A DNA stretch of 63,947 nt, counting the filler, from Perkinsus chesapeaki ATCC PRA-425 (taxonomy: Eukaryota; Protista; Perkinsozoa): NCBI GenBank assembly GCA_013115145.1. It is 10 parts of 10 records of this genome, joined end to end, with 100 filler letters (N's around TTAATTAATTAA, not from the genome) between each part and the next. Parts side by side here need not be neighbours in the genome. Positions count along the whole stretch, not along the records: positions 10,932 to 13,359 come from JAAPAO010001607.1; positions 13,460 to 15,267 come from JAAPAO010001776.1; positions 15,368 to 33,978 come from JAAPAO010000659.1; 7 more parts are not named here. One strand, 5' to 3'. This document shows, in pieces, positions 11,854 to 24,600 of this stretch. Within the stretch, counting starts at the first letter, position 1. Every line of letters begins with the position of its first letter. The position numbers were made by a program, and so were the translations under genes. Below the pieces are notes generated by a model that saw only the letters and a list, made by a program, of their open reading frames with translations, was not told the origin of the DNA and did not search any database.

Positions 11854-13633
11854 TTACTGGTATCATTTATAGGGCTACCGCCGATTAGTTTGTTCTTTCC
11901 AACAGCTAAGTCAAACTCCTCGGGGGTGAGATGAGTGAACGGGGTTATTCCCATCTTGAATGACGATTCTGAAAAGACCGTTACATCTCCCTCTCAGAGG
12001 GCGAGCTTACCTTGAGCATTATGCTCATCGATCAACTCGAGATTTTTATAATAGTTCCTCTCTTTTCTCGCGTAATCTTCGGACCCTTCCTCAAAAAAGT
12101 ATCCATACCTCGACAGGGAGAACGCTAGTATTTAACAACCACGTTGTTTTAACCTACATAATGGAGTACTCTACAAAGCTTATATGATCCTGCAGGCTAA
12201 TGTTAATGCAGAGCCACGTTATAACAGGTCTCAAATAGGCGGTTGTACTAGCCATGAACGGAGTAAACAAAACTGTACACTCGACCATAATATGTTCACG
12301 CTCACAGTGAGGGGCTCACTCTGAGGAGGTTGCGCCTCCAAAAGCCTGATACTGAAATCATGGTATTCGACCACTACCCAGCTTGCAGATACTCTGAAAG
12401 ACCAGAAAACCGTCGCTGGGCATCAGTTTCCGTTTTAGGGGAACCAGGCAGTTTTCGAATACACTGTCTACCAGACTGGAGAAGACTAACTCCTCAGAAG
12501 AAGTGTAACCGTCAAAAGAACATATGACGTCTTGATTGAAAAATTGGAATTGAAAGTTCTGTGCTCTATCGACCAGCACCCATTTGCACAGGGATAAACT
12601 CTAGTTGTCACCATTGCTGCCGTGACGCAACCGCACCGCGGCCCGCCTCCACAGATAAATGTAATCCCAAGAGTTTTATTTGAAGCGAGCGTATATGGCC
12701 CAAGGACGAAACGAAAGCCGCGAGTTGGCGTGAAAAAAGTCTGGAGACTCCGCTACCTCCCTATGGGCTGCAGGGGTTCTTCCGACGAACCTATTCGAGG
12801 AATGGAAATTCTTCATCCCACTGTCTCCATTGGAGACAATTCCAGTCGCTGGGGCCCAGTGGGGCTGCCCCACCTACATCCAGCAGACTCGGTATTATTA
12901 AATCGACTTGCACTGCTTGACTCGACAATTTTGGTGCCGAGGCTTGTGAGTTAAGGACTCTTCTGCCACATATCTCAACCGATAACGTTGTTTCGCAAAG
13001 AACTCCAAGTGTTTTAAAGTAAATCTGTGACGAGTCTGCCGTCACGCACACAGGCACAATGGGTTCTGTGTCAAGTATCCTGTGGATACTATCCTCAGTA
13101 CTAGCGAGAATATTGTATTCTTGAGTATTAGACGTAACCGTGAATAAACTGTGAAAGTCTTTCCTAAGGGGTTTTCGGAGGGGTTTTCTTCCGAGGAGGA
13201 GTTCCTGCCGATGACGCGAGCGGGACGAGAACGAGTGGGATTATTCCGCCAGGATTCCTCATGGTCATGTGTTGTGGGTCCAGATTGGAAAATTACCTAA
13301 ATCCAAGCTACTCTCCTTAAACCAAGCATGATTTCCTAAGCCAAGCAAACATCCCACAANNNNNNNNNNNNNNNNNNNNNNNNNNNNNNNNNNNNNNNNN
13401 NNNTTAATTAATTAANNNNNNNNNNNNNNNNNNNNNNNNNNNNNNNNNNNNNNNNNNNNGAAAAATTTTCACGCGCAGAGCTCGTGTGAAGACCAGAGGC
13501 CGAGTAGCGGCGCATAACTCCGCCAGTATAATTCTGAAACATCCCCGAATATACCTTCAAAATTTCATCATCAAACACTTCCTGGTTCGGGAGACTCCCA
13601 TTCGAAATTGGATGAAAAGTTATGGGACACCCT

Positions 13634-14350
13634 TTACTCTCGCCAAAGAGATGATCGTACTTGCTCTTCTAGGTTTTTAGCCGGTGTTCCTAGTCTTAGA
13701 GCAGTGATCAATGCTTTACCCACTCCGAAAGCCGCCCCGTAGGCCACGAATGGGAGGACCTGCATATGCCGTGGCAAACTCTTCACATATCTGTTGTCGA
13801 AAGTTGTACAGTGTGCTCCGCACGATTTGCATTTGAGATCTAGGCCTTGTGCGTATATAGGCCAACTCTCGGTATAGACCATCTTGAGTTTTGATACGGC
13901 GTTGACCCTCATCTCTCTGGATCCGCAGGAAACGCATTGACCCACGGTAGGACCATAGAGGTATAAACGCAAACTGCCAGTGACTGGAACAAAGCTACTC
14001 TTGCCTCTTATATCAGCCACTGTCATAGATTTTGGCTTTGGAGGAAGAGTACTGACAATCCGCAGCTTGTTAGGGCCGGCCTCGACACTTTTTATGCAGT
14101 CATGGTTTACCGGAGGGGTAGACTGGGCTGGGGTATCTGTCTTGTGATATCCGCAGTTGCATCCCCGAACCACGGTAGGCCGGAATACATCACAAGTACC
14201 GAAAGGACAACGGATGATGTTCTGCATAGTAGAATACCACTTGGAGTTCTTTGGCGGAGCACAGCCTCTGGGCATCGTAGTCGCCTTCGAGGCCGCAAAG
14301 GCCTTCATGGTTGACTGCCACTCGGCGTCGGTCTTGGCATTCTTTGGCAT
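13634..14350 (-). mobile_element. Intronless Cys-rich ORF resembling DUF6729/CxC-type transposon-associated proteins (truncated or frameshifted)
   Basis: Pattern C-x2-C ... C-x2-C (QCVSCG...LKCKSCG) followed by D-x-x-Y-V-x-x-LP...LPFV...LRLG...NLEEQ, recalled as typical of DUF6729-like proteins. The family assignment is from memory only. Confidence 0.4.
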
Positions 14351-14389
14351 AGTAGGATGATATGTAAATAAAGCCCTAAATTGGTTCGT

Positions 14390-14457
14390 AAACACGGAAT
14401 TGAACCCGGGTCTTCCTCTTTAAAGCCGACGTATTTTACCACTTGCGCTGGCCTCAC
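14390..14457 (-). pseudogene. Degenerate tRNA (probably tRNA-Glu-derived) with A/B boxes
   Basis: Minus strand CAGCGCAAGTGG (A-box-like, 14439-14450) and GGTTCAATTCC (B-box, 14396-14406) at tRNA spacing. TCGGCTTT...CCCGGGTTCAATTCC resembles tRNA-Glu. The stems do not pair. Confidence 0.5.
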
Positions 14458-14537
14458 TTGATATATTGTAATTAGAAACGGCTCGTACGTGTGCGCCCTC
14501 TGCCATTCCGTGTAATGCTGAAAATAATACTCTGAAT

Positions 14538-14660
14538 GATTTTTTTCTTCTCTTTTCTTTTCCTTTCTTCTTTTTTCCTTCCCTTTCCCTTCTTTCTTCT
14601 CTCCTCTCCCCTTTTCCTTTCCCTTCTTTTCCCCCTTTTTTGCAGTCGCTTTTCCCCCGG
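14538..14660 (+). repeat. Polypyrimidine (CT-rich) low-complexity tract
   Basis: About 120 nt almost entirely C/T, directly upstream of the tRNA-Leu array. Confidence 0.85.
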
Positions 14661-14710
14661 ACCATGCTCAGTGTGACCATTTCTCGGCTGTGTCACTTGC
14701 AACACTCACC

Positions 14711-14791
14711 GACCAGTTATGGCCAAGTGGTCAAAGGCATTAGCTTAAGGTCAAGTCCGAAAGGGCGTGGGTTCGAACCCCACAGCTGTCA
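14711..14791 (+). pseudogene. tRNA-Leu(AAG) pseudogene, first unit of the array
   Basis: The 3' half is identical to the intact copies. The 5' half carries indels and substitutions that break the acceptor, D and anticodon stems. Confidence 0.8.
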
Positions 14792-14933
14792 TGGCTTTGG
14801 CATGTGGAGTGATATCTCTTTCGCGTTTTGCGGAAATAAGCAGCTGCGCGGGGAAAACGAGAAGTTTCAGACTTGAGTGACTCCACGCAACTTGCCCAAC
14901 GCCAGTGTGTCATCATTTATCGGCTGTTTCACC

Positions 14934-15013
14934 GACAGTTTGGCCGAGTGGTCTAAGGCGCTGGCTTAAGGCGCCAGTCCGAAAGGGCGTGGGTTCGAAC
15001 CCCACAGCTGTCA
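14934..15013 (+). tRNA. trnL-AAG: tRNA-Leu (anticodon AAG)
   Basis: Acceptor GACAGTT/AGCTGTC-A; anticodon arm CTGGC-TTAAGGC-GCCAG; long variable arm; T-loop GGTTCGAACCC. Confidence 0.93.
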
Positions 15014-15155
15014 TGGCTTTGGCATGTGGAGTGATATCTCTTTCGCGTTTTGCGGAAATAAGCAGCTGCGCGGGGAAAACGAGAAGTTTCAGACTTGAGT
15101 GACTCCACGCAACTTGCCCAACGCCAGTGTGTCATCATTTATCGGCTGTTTCACC

Positions 15156-15235
15156 GACAGTTTGGCCGAGTGGTCTAAGGCGCTGGCTTAAGGCGCCAGT
15201 CCGAAAGGGCGTGGGTTCGAACCCCACAGCTGTCA
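15156..15235 (+). tRNA. trnL-AAG: tRNA-Leu (anticodon AAG), second intact copy
   Basis: Identical to 14934-15013. Array period is 222 bp, and the array runs into the gap. Confidence 0.93.
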
Positions 15236-15367
15236 TGGCTTTGGTATGTGGAGTGATCTGTCTTTCGNNNNNNNNNNNNNNNNNNNNNNNNNNNNNNNNN
15301 NNNNNNNNNNNTTAATTAATTAANNNNNNNNNNNNNNNNNNNNNNNNNNNNNNNNNNNNNNNNNNNN

Positions 15368-16953
15368 CTCGACGCACCAATTTGAAAGCTACCTTGAGAC
15401 TGAGCGAGTCTCCTAACCAGACCATCGGGAGTAGTATGGATGTAGTATTCGGCATAGCTGCATTTGTTATCCCGATAGCCAACCTGGCTGCAGTTGTGAC
15501 ACTGACCACCCACGCAGGCTTTATCACCAAATTTGTTGGCATCAAGCAGCATCACTGAGCTTACAGAGGTATCAACTAAGACTTGGATTAGTTGATCGTC
15601 TACCGATAGCATCGTAGTTAGATCATAATCGATAGTAAAAGTTGTTGAACCAACGCCAGCAAACTTTTCGTTGTCGCTCGCAGCCCGCCTGGCAAGATAC
15701 ATGTGGACCCCATGTTTGAACGTAAAAGTGACGAAATGATTTTGGAAGAATGGCCGCCCCATCACCAGATAGTCCACTTTGTTGATAATACCATTGTTAG
15801 ACGTTCCAAATAGCCAACGGCATTGCGTCGTGTCACCCACTTTACGGATATAATCCCTCGGCTGGATTAATATTTCTACAATATATCGTTTATCCTTATC
15901 AGTATATACCTGGAACATCCACTCAGGAAGCTTAGGTTCGATATCACAACGGAACCAGTAACCTTTCTTGGCGTCGAGTACATCGTACTCTTTCAGACGG
16001 TTGTCAAAGTGCTTGGCGTTGTAGTGCTTCAACCATTTGTTGGTGATAGGTATAAATATACGCTTCAGGGTGCGTTCATTAACGTATATGATAGGGGCGC
16101 TCGAGTCAAAGGCGACGACTGGGGCATTTTTCGAGACCACTGTCTTCCAGGGGGTTTCCTCTACTAGAATGGAACTCACCTGAGCCTTGTAGTGCCATTT
16201 ACGGAAGTCATTGTACAGGGGTCTGTCCAAGTACACTGCTAGGGAGTATTCATCAAGATATTCGGGTGGTTTATCCGCCGCCTTACCAAGAACCAGACTT
16301 CCTAAACTAGACCAAGGGTGAGGCGCTGGAATGAGCGAGATAACCCCATCAAGAGGTTCTTCACTATAAACAAACAATGTCTGTAAAACGGTGTCGTCAT
16401 CTTTATTGAGGCCTCCTCCAAGTCCAAGGGCACTACCGTGCAAGGGTTCGAGTCCACGACGTATATTATCTTCGTCATGCATGACACCATAATCAAGCCA
16501 TACATTACCAGAGCCCAGTGTAATAAAGGCGGGCCAGAAACTGGTGCGGTAGACGACATTGCGGGAGTCTGACCAACCGACAAAAATTTCCTTTTTGTAC
16601 AAGCATCCAAGTCCGCCAGCATAGCAGACATAGCATTCGTCACCGGAGCAAGTGCTTTTATTTGCACCGTTTACAAGCGGTCTGACTCTAAGTCGTGGAC
16701 CCCCGGTGTCGACATTAACGTAAAGCTTCTGACCGACTATTTCCAAGGGAACACGGAAATCATAAGTCATGGGAAGGACAAAGACATCTTCAGTTTCGTT
16801 TGCAGTTCGCCTTCCGTGGGCAGAGAGGCCGGATCCATCAGAATATGACCGAAGCGGCGACTCTTTAGTTTTGACAGTCGCACCCTCTTGACTAGAGCTG
16901 CAAAGAACCAACCAAACTGTCCGGATCACTGTAGTGGTTTGATGGAAAGCCAT
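15368..16953 (-). CDS. Secreted pepsin-like (A1) aspartic protease homolog with the start of a second protease unit; 3' truncated by gap
   Basis: Hydrophobic N-terminus from MAFHQ (ATG 16953). VNVDTGG and VAFDSSA lobes; VMGRPFFQNHFVTF (pepsin-like LG.PFL...Y..FD). VLVDTSVS plus a repeated C-x4-C-x2-C motif then begin a second unit. Intronless. Confidence 0.7.
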
Positions 16954-18663
16954 GAATGATAATGCCAGGAGATTCAAGAGCTTAGTGTAAAGCCTGTTGA
17001 AGGGAGCTGCGGCGGTGCTCGCGTGTAGGCTATGTACGCCCATCTCGCGTCACATGCTTCAGTGCCTCCATGGTTACCAAGCGCACTGGGTTGGGATCAT
17101 TCTGGGGGCCGGATATCAGGTATGTTAGTGACTAACTTAGGAATTCTGAGTTAGGATCACGTGGTGATCCGAGTACATCCGAGACTTCAACTATTAGAAG
17201 CAATCAGTTATCATAACCGTAGTAGCTAGCTGTTCTCGCGTACCTTAGTTAGCTGCAACCGTAGCTACAACCTTTGCTGTGTTCGTTACCCTCTGTACTT
17301 CTCTAAGAATAGAGCCCCGATGTAACAGAGGGCCTAAATAGGAGAGACGGTGGGAAAGTGGAGAGACAGCAGGCACTGTGCCTGTAATAAATGTGCCGTT
17401 CTTGCGTATTGTTCTGAACAATTTGTTTCCGTGTGGGCAATTCATGTTGTGCTAGCCGCAGGCTAACTGAGCAACTCCCGTAAGGCAAATCTTCCTGGCA
17501 GGTCCTCAATTGGAATGCTCTCTACAATGTTGCGGAGCAGCAGTTTTCAGTATTTTGCTCCGCCGGGCAGCAGCAGCGGTTTCTGGCCAGGCGTGGTTAG
17601 TACTTGCTTTTCTTATAGATATGCTACGCTCCAACAAAAACTTATAACGATGCTGCTGATTAAGTGAATCATTGAGTGAAATACTCTATGAAGTATTTCC
17701 TATCGATGCCTCACGACTCGATTCCACTCAGCAGTTACTCCGTTGCATAGCTTTCGTAACATGAACCCCTGCCTTCCGCACAGCTGTCTCATCCCACAGC
17801 CAATGATAACAGATATTCTACTGGGGGACCTCGATAACCGAAAACTGGCAACGAGCAATCTCGTCGCAGGAGCGGATAAAGTCTTTCTCGCCGCTCCATG
17901 GTTCTCTTTTTGTCCAGGACGAACGGTTTGCACTATATATTTTGTTAATGACTTGTCTCCATGCCGATTACTAGGCTTGCTTGTTATGTTCATTTTCTTG
18001 CATTTCATTATCGTCTTCTCGACTATCATTAAACACAATACATTCCCATAAGAAGAAGAAGAATAATGTTGGTGATAAGGAAATGATGTGTACAGTATAA
18101 AAACAGAGGCTATACAAGTAAGTTCCCTTCAACTCCTCCTCTTCACTGGACAACCTGAGCAACAATACAATGTGACATAATAGCTATAAAGACATTGAGA
18201 AAGCAACAACTTCATAAAACATCAAGTATCCAATGCGCACAGTCTGTGCGGCACAGATGCCGAAAAATGATCTAGAAGATATTAGTCGTTCCTCAAGTGC
18301 TCGAAGTGAATCCTTGGGTAATCATGAACGGGGATTTCAATAGAGAAGGAAACAGAAGGAAATTAGTTTTGGTTGCTAAGAGAATTTCCCGCTAAGTTTG
18401 CGCATCTCTAGATGGCGCGTGCTGTAGGGTATCATACTTGTCAATAACTACCGTATGCGGACCAGCCTAGTGCCTTTGACGGCTAAATTCAACCCATGCT
18501 GCCTCAAGGCTAATCTCAGTCTGGTTATAGCATCACACACTACTTGCTATTATGAATAGTAATTGTGCTACCGGACGCTCAGATAACACAGATGCCAAGA
18601 TGTGATCGGAATACCAGACAGGCTCACTCAGCGACCTCTTCACAAGGTTTCTTGTTCTTGTCA

Positions 18664-21600
18664 TTACCGTATATAAAGGAGGTAACCCAATTCAGCGCCT
18701 CTCCACACTTTAAACGTCTCAATAATAATCAGACACAAATCGGCCATAAAACTCCTTACTTTGGCTTCCACCCGTCGCTTCCCGTCAGCAACGCCGACAG
18801 CACTCGAATGAGCAGTCGGAAGTGTTGATGATGATGATGATGATGAGGTATTCGACTTCATGCTGTTAACCATGGTAACGAGGGCTTGATTGACTGGAGT
18901 AGGAACACCAAACTGTGAACCAAACCGAACCTGAAGAGATGAATGCGGACTGAATGGAAAGTCATATCGAGGAAAAATGCATCTGAGCAAACTCTTCTGG
19001 AAAACTTGCTAATTGTTGTATTTGTGCGGAAAACCTTTCCACCAGAACTCCTATCAGATCTCCGCAATAAGGCTAGTTAAACCCCTTGAACGTACCACTT
19101 GACCGTTGATGAAGGCTATCTCAGTGGGCCGTCCCAGGCGGACATCCCGAAGCATCGAGCTCACATTAGTCGCCGTAGAGTGTGCTACCGATGACCAAAG
19201 CTCATCCGAATACTCACAAGGCACCTGATGACACTTTCAATTCCACCCTGTCAGTTCGATGTTACCTCAACACCCATCACTTTAGCAACGTTGTATGCCT
19301 CGTGGGCTGCTGCAGAGGCAAGTGAATACCTGGAATTAAGATCAACGTTAACAAGTGATAATAGTAATTATTAGCCAATAACATTATTTAACAGTAAGAA
19401 GTAGATTTACGCGCCTTAAATTTGAAGCGATATGAAAAACTATTCTGCGATGAAATGGAAATGAATTTGAAGTACTTCATTTTTGAAAGTGTAATAAAAA
19501 ATGCTGAAAGTTGAGGAAATATTCCGCCTAGATGGTGGTAGTAATTCCGACTCACAGCTGTGAGCTCTCCAGAAGCTCTCCATTCAAGACGCCAAAAACA
19601 GCGGTGACCGGGTTGATTGCGGCGTTTATTATCATCTTATCCCAAACCTGAAATAATATAATAATTAATTACATCTCTAATCATCTCATTGCAGACTTTT
19701 CACAAAAAGTTTTTTTCGTAACCATAATTGGGAAAGTAACCAATTTATGTTTATTAAAAATAATAATTCAACGGAAATACGGTGAAAGAGAAGGGCACAA
19801 GTCGTCGAGGAAAAACGAAGCCGAGAACTCCCACTTGAGAGTTATTTACTAACAAAATTATACCGCACCATCGCGCACTGCTTACCATCTGTTGAGCTTC
19901 ATCGGTGTCTTTGGCATCATCCACTCTGCATGGTATCTTGGCATCCTCAAAACACGATGACAGAAGTCCGGCGAGGGGATCCTCGGGAATACTATCTTCA
20001 CTTGTGGATTTAGGCGGTATCAACTAACAAGTTGAAATAAATGGCTCGCAAAACAAGTTACGTGATTCCACATCCGATTCGCAGATTCGACAACTCACAA
20101 TTTTCTATACGAACAGATAATCATCGAATTGAACGATTATCGAAAATTGAGAAACTGGTACTTTACAACATTTAAACCAAAATTAAAGTGTTGCCGCCGC
20201 CGCCCCACTCAGTGCGGTTAATCGATTACTGTATAGTTAATGCCCCCTCCAAAGCTGAAGACCTTATATCCTTACGAGTGTTGAAAATAATAAAATATAA
20301 ACTACTCGATTTAAAGTATAATTATACAGAATGTGTATATCTCTCATCATACTGATGATCGGACCAGGCCAATCGGTAGGCCGAGTATGCCTCTAATCGT
20401 GACATTGGTTTTCCTATTCAACGACTACCCCCCAATTGCCGTCCTTTTAAATATGCTTCATAGGCTCACCTTCATCCAAGCATCTGTTCCAGGTAAGATA
20501 TTAACTTCGAGGACACCAGGCTTGGGGAGATTGCAACCGATAGAAGTCACAGCCTGCATCAAGATGAACGATACTAATACAGCTTAGTCCTCCTTTCCAA
20601 TCCATTGACTGCCCAATCATAAGAAAATACTGTTCGAAGGGGATTGCCTAGGACTTGCCCAACATGTTGAATAATTCACAGACCAGTCCACTGCACGCCA
20701 ACTTACTTGCCAAATGTTGTTACTAACAACTGAGAGAGCGTCAACTGATCCGATACCATTTTGGATCTGAAAGTGAAGAGGCATAATGCACAATAATCGA
20801 TCACGTGATCGATTATCTACTATTAGCTAATCTACTTGTCACCCCAAATTCTCGCGATACAACAGGAAAAGACTCCCCAAAGCCCTAACTCACATCAAAA
20901 ACATTTTAACCGACGAACTTGGTCTAAGAAAAGCGAACTCTAAAAATCGAAACTGAAATGATATTTCCAGCAAAGCATCATCCGGGCAACATAACTCCAT
21001 ATCGGTCTTACACTTAGAACAGGTGCTCCATCTGCCAGCAGTCCAGATAACAGTTTCTTAACAATAACCGGGTCTTCAAGCTGCCACGCCTTCGATGCTA
21101 CCACTACCAGCTCTGGTGTGGTGCCACCAAACGCCGACAAACAATCCGATACCTGACGGATGCGGAATTCTACAAGGGGAAAGTAGACTCAGTATTGGAC
21201 CAGATCTCTATTTGTAATGTACTAGTAGTAACTAAATATTTATGATAGTACTAATGATATACATTGTAAAAAGTAAATAGTAATTAATAAGAAAGATAAG
21301 TTTTGTAAATTAATAATATAATATAGTAGTAGACGCAGTAAGCCTTGGTGAGAGTATCCTGAAGAATTGAAACTAGGAATTTGAAAAGAGTGTGGCGACT
21401 CGGATGGAGGAAATGTTAACTTCAAGACCTTCAACAGTACGGGAAGATCTGTATCAATCAACATAACTTCCCAAAACCTTCCGTGGACACTTCCGGTGCG
21501 GTCGAGATTCCCCACAGGATGATTTTCCGCAAACATCTCCTCATCGCATTTCTGGAGACATGTATCGAATTCAACAAGATGGTCATACGTCATGAACGTA

Positions 21601-24600
21601 TAAAGTTGCGAAATGGAGTTTGGTGAGATGAGGATACGGCGAGCAACGTGAGAACGATTTAATCCAAATGGTGATTCACGACCATGTGAACCTTTTGGAG
21701 CAAAAGTAAATGACATCTCTGAAAGATTCCCCGGAAACTTACATTATGAACAACCCGGAAGTTGGTCGATGAAGAGTTGCCTTCCAGAGCAGGCAAAACT
21801 CTTCCTTGACTGTCAACACATTCCAAACCAGATGAGCTCATCGCATCAGCATGCGAGTGAGGACCAGTTATCAGCACAACATCGGGAACCTGAAAAATAG
21901 GAAAATACGGTATGAACAGTTTTGGAAAAGAAGCCGATCCCAGTGGGATCATTTGCCAAGTTTTTCACCACTCGCATGCCCGACGACCAACCGACAGCGG
22001 TCGGTTTTTCTTCGAGATCATATATCTGCTCCAGCCCGTGTCTCAGACCTTCCCTCTCGGATTGCGCTGACCTTCGCCCAACACAGCTAAATAAACCCCA
22101 TCGGCCAACACTGCATTTCAAAGCTTTCCATTCCATCCTTCATACCGAACTTCCCTCCAACACCCTTACTTTCTTCGATAATGCCTTCGCGAAAAACGTC
22201 CCCATCGCTCCACCACCAACAACTGCAACTCTAGTTGGATTCGAGCTCATCCTCGCCACCGGCTTGTCGCATTCAGCTGTAGAATCTGACCAACGAAGTA
22301 AAACAGATTTGATAAGTTCTCATTACTCTCAGTCTCGGACTCTCCACTATTGCCTTTGATCTCATTGACCAACATACTGTATTCAATCGGCTTCATTTTT
22401 GTATAAGTCTCGGGGCCCGGAAACTGCCCAGATTTAACCTCATCGACGTACCTGTTGACCCCAGCGTAATGATAAAGTACATATATAGAAATATTGGGAT
22501 AATATTGGTAAAGATGATATATATAATAAATACATCCCCACCTGATCCAGTCTAACGATTCCCTATAATTACTACTGCCATCATTAATGATTCTCCCAGG
22601 AACATTTTCCCACTGAGTCTCTCCTTCACTATTAACTTTCTATCATTGCCGAAGACGAATAGCAAATTGCGGAAAAGGAAAAATATTTTCCGCAGAATTA
22701 ATTATTGCAATATTTTCCAAGCATTTCCTTCCGCAAAAGAATTGATTTTTCATCTGTTCAGACCCTGACCCAAAAATCGATACCAGAACAAATTCAAAAA
22801 ATAGCAAAGCGGATACGAAATTCCAAAATAAACGGTATGCAAGCCTAAACGAACTTCTTTCAGAAAAGCCTTTTTCTCCTCCTCCGCCTCATCCCTACCA
22901 CTTACCGCATCACACCGATGTTCATCAACTCTCGGAGATTCACAAACTGCTTTGCCAACTTAGGCGCCCTAGGGGTCAACCCAAGAAGATCGTGGACAAC
23001 CAGCACTTGGCCAGAGGTATCTGGCGTTGAGGAAATACAAGATTGCAAGATTTAACATCACTACCAGGACCGGAACCGATGCCGATAGTCGGTACAGTAA
23101 GAGCTTCTGTGACCAATCGGGCAACTTCACCAGGGACGCATTCGAGGACCTTGGAGGGAGTATTAAAGGCAACGCGATGGCAAGGTTTGTGATGACTGAT
23201 AACAACCGTGCAACGACTTTAGCTATTTAAAATGAAGCAGCGCTTCTTGCCAAGATGGCTCACACTATCGACAGTGGGGTAAGGGTTTCTACAGTCCTCT
23301 TGATTTCAATAATTTCGCATGCTTGAATAAACATACTATTCTAATACGGCATTCCAAGCGATCTCAGAGCATGCCACCACTGACATCAAAATGGCTCTGT
23401 TATATAAACACCCTCAATCACCCAAGCAAGTCCGCACCAGAGATTCATGCCGGTAGTTTAACGAATAAAGTTGAGTGGCATTGAATTCAATCCCCTCTCC
23501 CCCATCTACCATCATTATGCATCCTGCCTTCTCTAGCTCTTTGGCGAACTCAATCATGTGGGCTGCTGCCGAGGCGGCTTTGCCTTGGATCTGATAACGA
23601 CATAATAATATTTAAACAAAGTGCAAATTATAACATAATCGTGACCACTGAAACAAAACCCTTCGCAGGCCGTATGTGAGTAAGTGAGGGGGAGACCGTT
23701 GCTGGAGCTACTTAGAGGAAGGATTCATTGGAAGCGTTGATAAGCATCTCGTAGCTGGAGCGATAGTTACAATAAATATTAGATGAATTCCATAGACTAA
23801 TAAAATGGAAGCTCCACTAAAGTGAAACCCTTTTTTAGATACCCCAACCGGGATTCGAACCCACGACCTACCCGATACCCTCCCATTTGAACATGACTTT
23901 GCGGTGTTAAACCGATATGACCAACTACACCTATACCAGCTGCTGTCATTCGACGGACCAACTCCGTCGAGAATTCTTGGGAGCTCCCCGGACACTAATA
24001 AAGTTAGTTTCTCAAGTTCGAGCAAGTGATCCTCACCTCAAGCTTGACTATGTCAGCATTACCCTCTTTGATGAACCTGATAAAATGAGCCTTGTTGCAG
24101 GATTCCAACCGACTGTATGTGTTCGCTTTGGGAAAGGGGCTAGTTCCTAATATATTGCGATATAATTAAAATAACATGTTTATTAATGCATTCGACAATA
24201 CCCCTCCCTTTGAGGAAAATGCAGGTTTAGTTCAGTAATAGGTCACGACTATCCCAAAACAGCTAAACGTGACGTATTAAAAAATATTAATGTGAATCAG
24301 TCTTCTACCTTGCTCCATTTTTCACGCCATCTTCATAGGTCAAGAAGGACCCAAAAGGCATATCACCGATGATCATCGGCCGGTGATTCACCAACCCACG
24401 CCTGACTGCTTGAGTGTGGAGAATCTGATAGAATTTTAGGAAAATAACTTCCGTTGAATTCTCTACCATCGCGTCCATCGAAATAGGGACGGTCGAATCG
24501 AACCCGTGAACGACGTTCGAAACAGAGTCTCCCACTAAAAGGAGATCTACACCGCACTCCTCAGCGATGCCTAAAATGCAATGTGCCGGGATCGAACCAT

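Noticed and set aside
12600-13100. Possible retroelement 3' relic upstream of the cathepsin gene
   Set aside because: Only vague resemblance (HPADSVLLNRL), multiple stops and no diagnostic motif.
14420-14705. Lys/Arg/Glu-rich minus-strand ORFs
   Set aside because: Translation of the complement of the CT tract; low-complexity artefact.
17245-17520. RLSYLG...EV segment reminiscent of the non-LTR reverse transcriptase C-terminal region
   Set aside because: Too short and degenerate, with no YADD or QG motifs recognised; cannot be supported without an HMM search.
23840-23935. Apparent tRNA on the minus strand (GGTTCGAATCC B-box)
   Set aside because: The apparent D-arm is the panB exon encoding [11 protein letters not shown]. 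Only a T-arm-like fragment lies in the intron and there is no acceptor pairing.
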